Position numbers and translations under genes: made by a program
In this document: positions 18,733-27,397 of the stretch, one piece after another
Numbering within the stretch: the first letter of the stretch is position 1
Layout of the letters: each line of letters begins with the position of its first letter
Virus record (IMG/VR): IMGVR_UViG_3300010362_000087
Coordinates: 1 to 27,750 of that record
DNA from: a virus
Taxonomy: Duplodnaviria > Caudoviricetes
Direction: 5' to 3' (one strand)
Length of the DNA stretch: 27,750 nt
Notes under the pieces: generated by a model
What the model saw: only the letters and a program-made list of their open reading frames with translations
Told to the model about the DNA's origin: nothing
The model's database searches: none

Positions 18733-19277
18733 TGCCCGGACGTCCACCTAAACCAACCCTTGTAAGGGAGCGGGAAGGAGATCAAGGGAAAGGTTCGGCA
18801 ACCTGCCGGACTAACCCTGTCCATCCCTCGGCTCTTCCGGATAAGCCTTCCTGGTTAAGTTCGGAAGCCAGCATGATCTGGGACGACTACTGCCAGAACT
18901 GCGCGGCGGGGTTGCTTCGGCTGGTTCATTCGCAAGCCCTGGCTCAGCTTTGCGAGGACAAGGTTCTCGAATTCCGATTTCGAAGGGCTCTCTCGATGTT
19001 GGAGGAGGCCTCCATCCGGACCATGGAAGGGAAGATCGCCCTCATGCAGAACCAGGGCCACACGGTCGATCCACGGGACGTGCTCCCTGGAGGGCCGTTG
19101 GCCGAGATCGTCATGACCGAGGAAGGATCGAGGTTGTTTAGGGCTCTCAACCAAACTGTGCTGCGGGTCCAGCGCCAGGAACAACAATTTGGACTGACCC
19201 CCCGGGCTGCGGCGATGGTGGACATCGCAAGCTCCGGCAAGATCTCCGAGGACTTCGAAGAACAACTCTGCGGTTGA
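18732..19277 (+). CDS. terS: terminase small subunit, P27 family (start at ATG 18732)
   Basis: MPGRPPKPT..., P.WLS.EA..IW and FGLTP.A motifs. TAATG overlap with the upstream gene, directly before TerL. Confidence 0.9.
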   Translation: MPGRPPKPTLVREREGDQGKGSATCRTNPVHPSALPDKPSWLSSEASMIWDDYCQNCAAGLLRLVHSQALAQLCEDKVLEFRFRRALSMLEEASIRTMEGKIALMQNQGHTVDPRDVLPGGPLAEIVMTEEGSRLFRALNQTVLRVQRQEQQFGLTPRAAAMVDIASSGKISEDFEEQLCG

Positions 19278-21046
19278 TCGAGATGTTGACCAAGGGCTCA
19301 ACCTGGGATTACCGGCCTGGACTGATTTGTGACTTCTGCGGGAGGAAGACCTGGACGGAGCTTCGTCATCGCGGCCCGGGCTTCCGGCAGTGCCGGGCGT
19401 GCAAGATCGAAAAGTTCTTCGAACACGTTCTCTATGCCCCCCTGGGATTCCACCTCCCGGCTTGGTCGAGGAAAGTTCTCCGGGACCTCTACGGAACCCT
19501 GGACGAGGAAACCGGCCTTCGCCAATACCGCACGGCTTATATTTCCATGGCGAAGCAGAACGGCAAATCCAACATGATCGGGGGCCTTCCCATTTACCAC
19601 ATCCTCATGGAAGACGAAATCAACCCCGAAGTAGTCGGAGCCGCCGCTGCTAAGGATCAGGCGGAGATCGTCTTCAAAGCTTCGTCTAATATGATCAACG
19701 CTAATCCTTCGCTTCTGACGAAGCTGAGGATCATTCCTTCGACTAAACGAATCCTGGAAAGGGAAGGCCCTGGACTTTATAAAGTGGTGAGCGCCGACGG
19801 CGATGTCCAGGACGGCCAACGTCCCTCCCTTCTCATCCGCGACGAGATCCACCGCTGGAAAACCCTCCGCCACGAAACCGTCAAGGACGTCTTAACCAAA
19901 GGTCAAATCTCCCGCAACGAAGCCCTCGACATCCAAATCACCACCTCCGGCGCAGAATACGAATGCCAACTCTGGTGGAAGGAATATTGCCACGCCAAAG
20001 CAGTCCAGCAAGACCCCTCGATTGATCCGGCCTACTACGTTTGCATCTACCAAGCCGATCCTGAAAAAGCCAATTCAGACCCCGAATACTGGAAAACCAG
20101 GGAAGCTCGTGTCGCGGCTAATCCATCCCACGAAGATCTCGGTGGCCACTTAAAAGATTCCGCCCTCGTGGCCGAGATGAACAAAGCCATCCTCGACCCG
20201 TCCGAACGCTCGAAATACCTCAAATACAACCTCAACATCCCTCTCCGCTCCACCGAAGATCCGATCATGGACATGACGGCATGGTTCAAGAACGGAGATC
20301 CCCTCCAGGTCGAATCCGATAGGCTGGATCACACATCCTTAGCTGTCGATTTGCGATCCTGGCCAACCCTCGATGTCGATCTACTGATCAGGAGATGGAA
20401 TCTCCTCGAACAACCCTGCTTCGGAGGGATTGACGCTTCCTGGACCACCGACTTCACCGCTAACGTTTACCTCTTCCCGCCCTCATCCGAGAACGAAATC
20501 TGGACCTTCCTTCCCTTCTTCTGGATTGGGAAGGACCGCATCCCCGAGATTGAGCGGACGACCAGGATGCCGATTTCCAACTGGGTGGAACGCGGGTTCA
20601 TCACCGCGACGCCGGGCGACACCATCGACATGACCTCGGTGAAGGACAGAATCAAATGGGCGAATGAGATGTTCGACCTCATCGAGGTGGATTACGACCG
20701 GGCTAACTTCCGCACGGAAGCTACTGCTCTTCAATCCGAGGGCGTAACCATGGTTGAAGTCAAACAGAACTTCATGGAATTGTCCTTCGCCACGAAGTAC
20801 GTCCTGTCGGGAGTTTATTCGAGGTCCTTCCGTCACGGGAATAATCCTGTGTTGAACTGGATGGCTTCGTGCCTTCAGCTTCAATATGACCGGAAGGATA
20901 ATGTTCAGCCGAGTAAGCCGGAGAGGATGAAGAGCGCCCGGAGGATCGACGGGATCTCGGCGATTGTGACGGCCCTGGCTAGGGCGTTGGTGATGCCCAA
21001 GCGGAAGAAGAGCGTCTACGCCACTCGCGGGATCAAGACGGTTTGA
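19274..21046 (+). CDS. terL: terminase large subunit (Terminase_1 / HK97-like) with N-terminal CxxC...CxxC
   Basis: Walker A MAKQNGKS, Walker B LLIRDEIH, coupling motif ITTSG, nuclease motifs GIDAS.TTDFTA and RIDGISA. The exact start is uncertain. Confidence 0.96.
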   Translation: MIEMLTKGSTWDYRPGLICDFCGRKTWTELRHRGPGFRQCRACKIEKFFEHVLYAPLGFHLPAWSRKVLRDLYGTLDEETGLRQYRTAYISMAKQNGKSNMIGGLPIYHILMEDEINPEVVGAAAAKDQAEIVFKASSNMINANPSLLTKLRIIPSTKRILEREGPGLYKVVSADGDVQDGQRPSLLIRDEIHRWKTLRHETVKDVLTKGQISRNEALDIQITTSGAEYECQLWWKEYCHAKAVQQDPSIDPAYYVCIYQADPEKANSDPEYWKTREARVAANPSHEDLGGHLKDSALVAEMNKAILDPSERSKYLKYNLNIPLRSTEDPIMDMTAWFKNGDPLQVESDRLDHTSLAVDLRSWPTLDVDLLIRRWNLLEQPCFGGIDASWTTDFTANVYLFPPSSENEIWTFLPFFWIGKDRIPEIERTTRMPISNWVERGFITATPGDTIDMTSVKDRIKWANEMFDLIEVDYDRANFRTEATALQSEGVTMVEVKQNFMELSFATKYVLSGVYSRSFRHGNNPVLNWMASCLQLQYDRKDNVQPSKPERMKSARRIDGISAIVTALARALVMPKRKKSVYATRGIKTV

Positions 21047-21048
21047 AC

Positions 21049-21342
21049 ATGGGCTTCGGAGTTTGGAAGGCGACGGTTGTGGTGGGGCTTCAGGCAAGGC
21101 TGGCGAGGCTGACGTTGAAAACCAGGGCTGAGGTTCCGATGTTGCTCTATGTCGCTGGGCTGGGCTGCGTGACGTATGGCTTCTGGAGCGCATGGCATCC
21201 CCTGGGCTGGATTTTTGGAGGGGCCTCGCTGGCCTGGACGGCGATCATGTACGAAAAGATCTCCGTGGCGCGGGCCGAGGCGGAGAAGCTGGAGAAGCTT
21301 ATCAGTCCAGCCAGTCCAGCCAGCCCAGCCTGCCGACGCTGA
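21049..21342 (+). CDS. small two-TM membrane protein between terL and portal
   Basis: Hydrophobic hairpin MLLYVAGLGCVTYGFWSAWHPLGWIFGGASLAWTAIM. This position is common in HK97-like head modules. Confidence 0.7.
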   Translation: MGFGVWKATVVVGLQARLARLTLKTRAEVPMLLYVAGLGCVTYGFWSAWHPLGWIFGGASLAWTAIMYEKISVARAEAEKLEKLISPASPASPACRR

Positions 21343-21353
21343 AGAGGTAACCA

Positions 21354-22793
21354 ATGAGTTTCCTGTCGAAGATCCTGCCGGTCAACCGGAACACTAAAGG
21401 CCTGGAGACGGCCAGCGCCGGGACGCAGTTCTATCACTGGGGAATTTCCTCCCTGGCCGGTGAGATCGTCTCCCCTGCCAGCGCCTCCCAGGTCGCGGCG
21501 GTTTTCTGCGCGATCAAAATCATCTCCGAAACCATCGGGATGATCTCGCTCGACATGTACGAACGGAAGGGCGACAGGATTAGGGCCCTCCCCAAACATC
21601 ATCTCCAGTTCCGGCTGCACGACGAGCCTAACCAGGAACAGACCGCGATTGAATGGCGGGAGCACATGACGTCCCAGATGGCCCTGTGGGGGAACGCCTG
21701 CTCCCGGAAAATCATGCGGGGCGACCGTCTCGCCGCGTTGATTCCGCTTCAGTATCAGGCCATCCAAGTTAAGCGGGAGAAGGGCAGGAGAGTTTATCGT
21801 TACTTCCCGATGGACGGCTCGACTCCTCCCACGGATATGACGGAGGAGGAAGTCCTCCATTTGAAAGCTTTGGCGTTGAGTGGGAACGGCCTGGAAGGAA
21901 CCTCACCAATTAATCAAGTCCGGAATGCTTTCGGGTTAGCCCTGGCCCTCGAAAAGTATGCTTCCAGGTTCTTCGCCAACGGAGCCATCCCAGGCGGAGT
22001 TCTCATGCACCCGGAAGTTCTCGGTGATGAAGGAATCCGGAACATCCGCGATAGCTGGAAGAAACTCTACGGCGGAGCGGACAACGCCAATGAAATCGCC
22101 GTCTTGGAGGAAGGGATTAAGTATCAGCAGATCGGCGTCGATCCGGAGAAATCCCAGGCGAATGAATCTCGGACCTTCCAGGTCCGGGAGATCTCCCGGG
22201 TATTTCGAATTCCGCCTCACATGCTTTATGAGACCGAACAGCAATCCCATAACACGATTGAGCAGGCCTCGATTGAGTTCGTGACTTATACGCTGATGCC
22301 GTGGATTGTCCGCTGGGAGCAGGGACTGAACCGGTCGTTGCTGACCGAGGAAGAGAAAGGAACGGTCTTCTGCGGGTTCAACCTTCAGGATCTCCTGAAA
22401 GGCGATCTCCAATCCCGCTATGCCGCTTACGCGGTGGGTAGAAACTGGGGCTGGCTGACGGCCAATGATATTCTCCGGCGGGAACACATGAATCCCCGGG
22501 AGGACCCCGAAGGCGACGTCTATCTGCAGCCGATGAATATGATTGGTTACGGCGAGGGTTATATACCCACGGTTCCGGCCCAGCCGCCCGGCAGGCCTCC
22601 GGGGGCTCCGGCGACCGCCGCGACCCCAACCAACCAGACCAACACTCCCCCGATTCCTCCGCCGCCTCTCAAGGTCACCCCTGGAGTGACCCCAGGAAAG
22701 AGAGCCATCGAGATCTACGAGAGATCCCAAGACATCGCCAGGAACGCCAGGAAAGTCTCCAAGATGATCGAGGACGTCCTGGAAGTAGCCTGA
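21354..22793 (+). CDS. portal protein, HK97 family, Pro-rich C-terminal extension
   Basis: AVF.AI.IISETI, L.DEPN.EQT, LWGNA, EVLHLK, FF.NGA.PGGVL, VLEEG..Y, EI.RVFRIPPHML, GWLT.N.I...E.M.P. Confidence 0.96.
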   Translation: MSFLSKILPVNRNTKGLETASAGTQFYHWGISSLAGEIVSPASASQVAAVFCAIKIISETIGMISLDMYERKGDRIRALPKHHLQFRLHDEPNQEQTAIEWREHMTSQMALWGNACSRKIMRGDRLAALIPLQYQAIQVKREKGRRVYRYFPMDGSTPPTDMTEEEVLHLKALALSGNGLEGTSPINQVRNAFGLALALEKYASRFFANGAIPGGVLMHPEVLGDEGIRNIRDSWKKLYGGADNANEIAVLEEGIKYQQIGVDPEKSQANESRTFQVREISRVFRIPPHMLYETEQQSHNTIEQASIEFVTYTLMPWIVRWEQGLNRSLLTEEEKGTVFCGFNLQDLLKGDLQSRYAAYAVGRNWGWLTANDILRREHMNPREDPEGDVYLQPMNMIGYGEGYIPTVPAQPPGRPPGAPATAATPTNQTNTPPIPPPPLKVTPGVTPGKRAIEIYERSQDIARNARKVSKMIEDVLEVA

Positions 22794-22837
22794 CATTCGA
22801 AGCTGAAAGCTTCGAATGTCAGAGGAGGTTTTAAGTA

Positions 22838-24400
22838 ATGGCTGACGACCTGATTTACAAGACTTATAAGTTGACGATCAAAGCTTCGGAAGCCGATGGA
22901 ACATTCGATGGAGTGGCTTCCACCTCGGCGATTGATTCGGACGGGGAGATCGTTGACAAAGGAGCCTTCACCCGGACGCTGAGCGCGTCGAAGGGGGTCT
23001 TTCCGATTTTGTGGCAACACATCCGCGAGGTCCCGGTGGGCTGGAATAAGTCCGCCGAGGAGGACGACCGGGGGTTGGTCATCCACGGGCAGTTGCTCAT
23101 GAACTCGGATAAGGGTCGATATGCCCACGATTTCATTTCGGTCGGGTTGGATCTCGGGGGTAAGCCTGGGTTGAGCATCGGGTTTCAGGTTCCCAAGGGC
23201 GGTGACTACATCAAGGACGGCGTCCGGCATTTCAAGGAGGTCAACCTCCGGGAGGTAAGCATCGTGACGTTCCCAGCCAATTCGGAGGCGGTGGTCACCG
23301 GATCGAAGGGAGCCGTGGCTTTTGGAGATCTGCCCGTCGCGGGAGCGGATCTCACCTGGGACGTCGTGCAGGCGAGGGCTTCCCTGGTTGAATTCGCCGG
23401 GGGCCCGGAGAAAGAGAAGATTAACTTCGCCAAATACCGGAAGGGGTTCTTCTGGTTCGACCCTGATAATCCGATGGAGACCGAATCGTATAAGTTGCCC
23501 TTCGCGACGGTTGTCAACGGAAAGCTTATGGCCGTTCCGGCGGGCATCAAGGCCTCGGGAGATGAGTTGAACACGGTTGATATCCCGGAGGCCGATAAAT
23601 CCAAGGTCAAGACCGTAATTTCGAGGTACTACACCAAGATGAAGAAAGACTCGCCGTTCAAAGGTGAGGTCGAAGGAGGCGTCGTGAAAACGAATGTGGA
23701 ATTTAGGACCCAAGACTTCGCTGATCAGATGGCGAGAAGTCAGGCGCTGGAGGATCACTACGAGAAGAGATACAAGGCCGACCGGGCCCTGGCGGATGTG
23801 ATCGATAACATTTGTCAGGACAAGGACTGCAAGCGGGACGCGAAGAAGCCCCTGATTCACAAGGCGATTGACGGGCACTCGGATGTGATGAAGGGGTGGT
23901 GGAGCGGGCTGCTGGATTTGCTGATGCCGCAGGATGAAGAGGAAGAGCCTCAGGACCCGGAAGATATGCAGGAGGAGGTTCCGGAGGATCAGGCGATGGC
24001 TGCGGCTATGGCGCTGATCGCCAAGGGAGGGTCTCCGCTGCTGAGCGCCAAGGAAGGACGGATCTTGAGCGCCCGCACGAAGAAAGCCCTGGAACGCTGC
24101 ATGAGCCTCGTCCGCGAATCCATCGGGTACTCCAAAATGTCCCAATCCCTCAAAGCCAAAGCCCTTGGACAGCTAGGCGACCTTGCAACCGGTCGTTACT
24201 TCAACGACGTGAACCTTCCCAACCCGGTCGGAGGCGGGGCTGGAAAACCACCCGCCCCGGTAACCACCAATCCTGTTGGCGGCGGCAAGACCTCCAAGCC
24301 CGAACCCGAACCCGAACCCGAAGATTCCGCTCCCACCCCGGAAGATCAGGAACTCCTCGACGGCATCGCCCTCTCCCTCAAGAACCTCAAAGCCAGCTAA
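22838..24400 (+). CDS. HK97-family prohead protease (S78) with long multi-domain C-terminal extension, 520 aa
   Basis: GTFDGVAST..IDSDGEIVDKGAF, ILWQH...PVG, GLSIGF and LREVSIVTFPAN; KEGRILSA motif; AGGAGG RBS. Confidence 0.93.
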   Translation: MADDLIYKTYKLTIKASEADGTFDGVASTSAIDSDGEIVDKGAFTRTLSASKGVFPILWQHIREVPVGWNKSAEEDDRGLVIHGQLLMNSDKGRYAHDFISVGLDLGGKPGLSIGFQVPKGGDYIKDGVRHFKEVNLREVSIVTFPANSEAVVTGSKGAVAFGDLPVAGADLTWDVVQARASLVEFAGGPEKEKINFAKYRKGFFWFDPDNPMETESYKLPFATVVNGKLMAVPAGIKASGDELNTVDIPEADKSKVKTVISRYYTKMKKDSPFKGEVEGGVVKTNVEFRTQDFADQMARSQALEDHYEKRYKADRALADVIDNICQDKDCKRDAKKPLIHKAIDGHSDVMKGWWSGLLDLLMPQDEEEEPQDPEDMQEEVPEDQAMAAAMALIAKGGSPLLSAKEGRILSARTKKALERCMSLVRESIGYSKMSQSLKAKALGQLGDLATGRYFNDVNLPNPVGGGAGKPPAPVTTNPVGGGKTSKPEPEPEPEDSAPTPEDQELLDGIALSLKNLKAS

Positions 24401-24412
24401 CCTAAAAGAACC

Positions 24413-24649
24413 ATGGAAGCGCTCAAAGCCGCCTGGAGCGTCAAAGCCGGGCTCCACCAGCAACATGAACTACCCGAATACTTCCGGCAGTGGGCCTATA
24501 CCTCGTCCGACTTCGAAAAAGATCGCGCCACCCCGGACGACCAACCAACCATCTTCCAAAAGCTCGACGAGGAAGCCCACACCTACGCCCGTTCCATCAC
24601 GGACCCTCGCCGGTTGAATTACGTGAAGCTGGAATTCATCTGGATCTGA
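24413..24649 (+). CDS. hypothetical protein, 78 aa
   Basis: ATG 12 nt after the protease stop. Codon usage matches the flanking genes. Confidence 0.65.
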   Translation: MEALKAAWSVKAGLHQQHELPEYFRQWAYTSSDFEKDRATPDDQPTIFQKLDEEAHTYARSITDPRRLNYVKLEFIWI

Positions 24650-24712
24650 ACTTACACTCTCTCAACTTACTGTTTAGGGAATCCATTCGACCATTTCCGA
24701 CGTGGATTTACC

Positions 24713-24741
24713 TTGCTTATCAACCCATTTCAACCTACAAT
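24713..24741 (+). promoter_or_regulatory. sigma70-type promoter upstream of the major capsid gene
   Basis: TTGCTT 24713-24718, 17 bp, TACAAT 24736-24741. Confidence 0.65.
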
Positions 24742-24860
24742 GCACGTTAAGGACTCACTCCTAAGTCTGCGGACTTGGGGGAAGTTTCGAGGAAGCCCGG
24801 AATTCTCCACCTCCCCCGGAACGTAACCCCTTATTGCGAAACCCAAAAGGAGAATTCAAA

Positions 24861-26225
24861 GTGGCGACATCGTTGGAAGATATCAAGAAAGGTGTCGATG
24901 AGATTGGGGTGTTGCACACCCAATTCAAAACCGAATTCGAGACGTTCAAGACCAACCAGGACACCCTAATCAAGGAGAAGATGGTGGTCATAGCGGACGA
25001 ATTCGGGAAGAAGCATGAGGCCCTTCAGCGGGAACTGGACGGGATCAAAGCCAGGGAAGCCCAGGCGTTGGTTCCGGGCCCGGACCCGGATCAGGTCAAA
25101 CAGGACCACAAACTGAACATCCTGTTCGCCAAGCACCGGCAGGATTTCCAGGCGGAGCACGTCAAGAACGGCAACGAGAAGAACTTCCCCGAATTTACTC
25201 CGGAGGGGGCGGACTACAAAAAATACGTCCGGGTCTTCTGGAAGGCCGTTCGCACAAGTCAACATGTTCCTCAGGGAATCTCGCTGAACGCCCTGACGCC
25301 CGACGAGCAGAAAGACATGGCCGTGGGCAGCGACCCGGACGGCGGTTACTTCGTAGCTCCCCCGACCATCGCCGACACGGTCGTGCGGAGGATCTTCGAA
25401 ACCTCTCCCATCCGGGAACTTGCCTCGTCCCGAAACATCGGGACTCGCGAATATGTCGTACCGGAGGACCCGTCCGATGTGGGAGTGGGCTGGGTGGCGG
25501 AACGTCAGGTCCGAACCCCGACCCAAACGGTCAATCCCTCCCGGAAGATCATCCCGGCCCAGGAGGAATACGCCGAACCGGTAGTCACCCAGCAGTTACT
25601 GGAGGATTCCATGTTCGACCTGGAAGCTTACCTGTCCGATAAGCTCTCGGATAAGTTCAACCGCTGGGAAAACGCTGCGTTCGTAAACGGCGACGGAGTC
25701 GGGAAACCTCGCGGGTTCATGACCTACCCCACGCAGATCGTCAACACCGGAGACTTCAACTACTGGAATCAGCTTGAGCAGATCAACTCCGGGACCAATG
25801 GGATGTTCAACTACACCGGGTTGATCCGGCTGATCACGGCGTTGAAGGAGCCCTTCCAGGCCAACGCCTGCTTCCTGGTCAGACGTCAAGTGCTGTATCA
25901 CATCATGGTGTTGACGGACGCCAATGGAAGGTTGATCTTCCAGCCGATCCTCAACGGACAGTTCGACAAGACCCCGTTGCTGGGCTACCCGATCCGGTAT
26001 GCGACCGACATGCCGGACGTCGCAGTGACCTCGCCCGTGACCGGAGTGAATGCCATGGCTTTCGGAGATTTCCGGCAAGGCTACCAGATCGTTGACCGGG
26101 TGGGCCTGTCGATGATCCGCGACAACATCACGGTGAAGGGTTCCGTCCTGCTCTACACCCGCAAGCGTGTAGGAGGGGACGTGATCAACTTCGACGCGAT
26201 CAAGATCCACAGTCTGGCTGCGTAA
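24861..26225 (+). CDS. major capsid protein, HK97 fold with N-terminal delta (scaffold) domain; GTG start
   Basis: AAAAGGAG RBS before GTG 24861. Motifs GSDPDGGYFV, SPIRELA, GWVAE, TQQLLEDS.FDLE, AFVNGDGVGKPRGF, LLGYPI, AFGDF..GY.IVDR.G and RVGG.V. Confidence 0.96.
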   Translation: MATSLEDIKKGVDEIGVLHTQFKTEFETFKTNQDTLIKEKMVVIADEFGKKHEALQRELDGIKAREAQALVPGPDPDQVKQDHKLNILFAKHRQDFQAEHVKNGNEKNFPEFTPEGADYKKYVRVFWKAVRTSQHVPQGISLNALTPDEQKDMAVGSDPDGGYFVAPPTIADTVVRRIFETSPIRELASSRNIGTREYVVPEDPSDVGVGWVAERQVRTPTQTVNPSRKIIPAQEEYAEPVVTQQLLEDSMFDLEAYLSDKLSDKFNRWENAAFVNGDGVGKPRGFMTYPTQIVNTGDFNYWNQLEQINSGTNGMFNYTGLIRLITALKEPFQANACFLVRRQVLYHIMVLTDANGRLIFQPILNGQFDKTPLLGYPIRYATDMPDVAVTSPVTGVNAMAFGDFRQGYQIVDRVGLSMIRDNITVKGSVLLYTRKRVGGDVINFDAIKIHSLAA

Positions 26226-26253
26226 CTTAAAGAGAGAAAGGAGAACTCACAAT

Positions 26254-26817
26254 ATGGCATCCAGAGATATCGTCAACAACCTCGCATTCGTGCAGCTACA
26301 GGCTGTAGGCAACGCCGCGACCAGCCCTCCCAGCGCCGCCAAGTCGAAGGTCCTCGACACGATGGGCTTCGAAGCGGCCATGGTCCTGGTCAACCTGGGA
26401 ACCGTCGCGGGCGTAGACGCAAATAACTACGTCCAGATCGTCCTTCAGGAATCCAACACGACCAAGGACGCGGACTTTACTAATGTGAGTCCGACGGCTA
26501 ACAGTCTGGCGGGGGTTCCCTCGGCCAGCGCGGACTTCGGGGATATGAACGCCCCGATTGGTTCGGTGTATCCGCAGGGGCTCCTGCCAGCCGGGATGGT
26601 TACGTTACCGGCGTTGTATACCGGCTCGGCCCCGATTAATGCAACGACCATGGCTAACACGGCCCTGGGAGTGGGCTACATCGGGTCGAAGCGTTATATC
26701 CGGTCGCTGGTCACGTTCAAGGGGGCTCCCGGGGCGGTTCAGATGGACATCCTCGGAGTCCTGGGCCACGCTCAGTTTGAACCGGTGGTCGCCCCGGCGG
26801 CGATCACTGCGACGTAA
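26254..26817 (+). CDS. putative capsid decoration/minor head protein, 187 aa
   Basis: AAGGAG RBS, follows the MCP. The pattern LDT.GFE...V..G...LQES...DFT.V...GYIGSKRYIR is recalled from post-capsid phage genes. Confidence 0.7.
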   Translation: MASRDIVNNLAFVQLQAVGNAATSPPSAAKSKVLDTMGFEAAMVLVNLGTVAGVDANNYVQIVLQESNTTKDADFTNVSPTANSLAGVPSASADFGDMNAPIGSVYPQGLLPAGMVTLPALYTGSAPINATTMANTALGVGYIGSKRYIRSLVTFKGAPGAVQMDILGVLGHAQFEPVVAPAAITAT

Positions 26818-26831
26818 TCGACGGTTGATTC

Positions 26832-26999
26832 ATGAAAGTGCGGATCGTGAGGCTTTGCAGTGTGATGGTTCCGCCGGGATCGGAAATCGATCTCGACGAG
26901 GCCACCGCCGAATCCCTGATCCGCGCTCACCTAGCCGAGATGGTGGAGGAAGTTGAACCACCTCCAAAAATCGAAACCCCCAAGAAACGCTACTCCTGA
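26832..26999 (+). CDS. 55-aa small head-module protein (not in ORF track)
   Basis: Manual translation: MKVRIVRLCSVMVPPGSEIDLDEATAESLIRAHLAEMVEEVEPPPKIETPKKRYS*. The G..IDL....A..LI....A pattern is typical of small post-capsid genes. Confidence 0.75.
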   Translation: MKVRIVRLCSVMVPPGSEIDLDEATAESLIRAHLAEMVEEVEPPPKIETPKKRYS

Positions 27000-27025
27000 G
27001 TTGCGGCGGCTCGCCGCAACTCAGG
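26995..27025. terminator. 14-bp perfect hairpin without U-tract (terminator or mRNA-stabilising stem)
   Basis: CCTGAGTTGCGGCG-gct-CGCCGCAACTCAGG, overlapping the stop of 26832..26999. Confidence 0.55.
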
Positions 27026-27038
27026 GTGGAGGAATCCC

Positions 27039-27359
27039 ATGCCTGAAATGGTCAAAAAAGAAATCCTGAAAAAAGTCCAGTTCCTCAGGAGAACCACCGT
27101 CGCCAGACATGTTCCCAGGGAGACGCCCGGGAAACAGGAATGGCAGGAGTTCGCCAAGGACGCCGTGGAGGAGTTCCCGGAGAACTTAGCTATCTCCCTC
27201 GTTCGCGGGAAGTGCGCCAAGTTCACGTCGAAAGAGGAACAGTTGAAGTTTGAAGAGGCCGAAAAGTCCAGGCTGGAGGCCGGGCTGTATTACAACGACC
27301 GGGAAAGGGATCTCTGGTTGAAGAGCCAGGGGGCCCCCGAGATCCAGCAGTTGGCTTGA
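27039..27359 (+). CDS. hypothetical head-module protein, 106 aa
   Basis: GGAGG RBS. It contains a KVQFLR...DAVEEFPENLAISLVRGKCA segment resembling the 55-aa neighbour. Confidence 0.75.
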   Translation: MPEMVKKEILKKVQFLRRTTVARHVPRETPGKQEWQEFAKDAVEEFPENLAISLVRGKCAKFTSKEEQLKFEEAEKSRLEAGLYYNDRERDLWLKSQGAPEIQQLA

Positions 27360-27397
27360 CTGTCGCCGTACGCGGACAGGGCTGAGCGGAGCGAAGC

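Noticed and set aside
21303-21330. 9-bp tandem repeat CAGTCCAGC x3
   Set aside because: In-frame (SPA)3 at a protein C-terminus with no evident consequence.
21049-21342. Holin call for the two-TM protein
   Set aside because: No adjacent endolysin, and small membrane ORFs are common between terL and portal.
21936-24145. Long minus-strand ORFs (286 aa and 476 aa)
   Set aside because: They are antisense to the portal and protease, which is expected from GC-rich codon bias, and they show no motifs.
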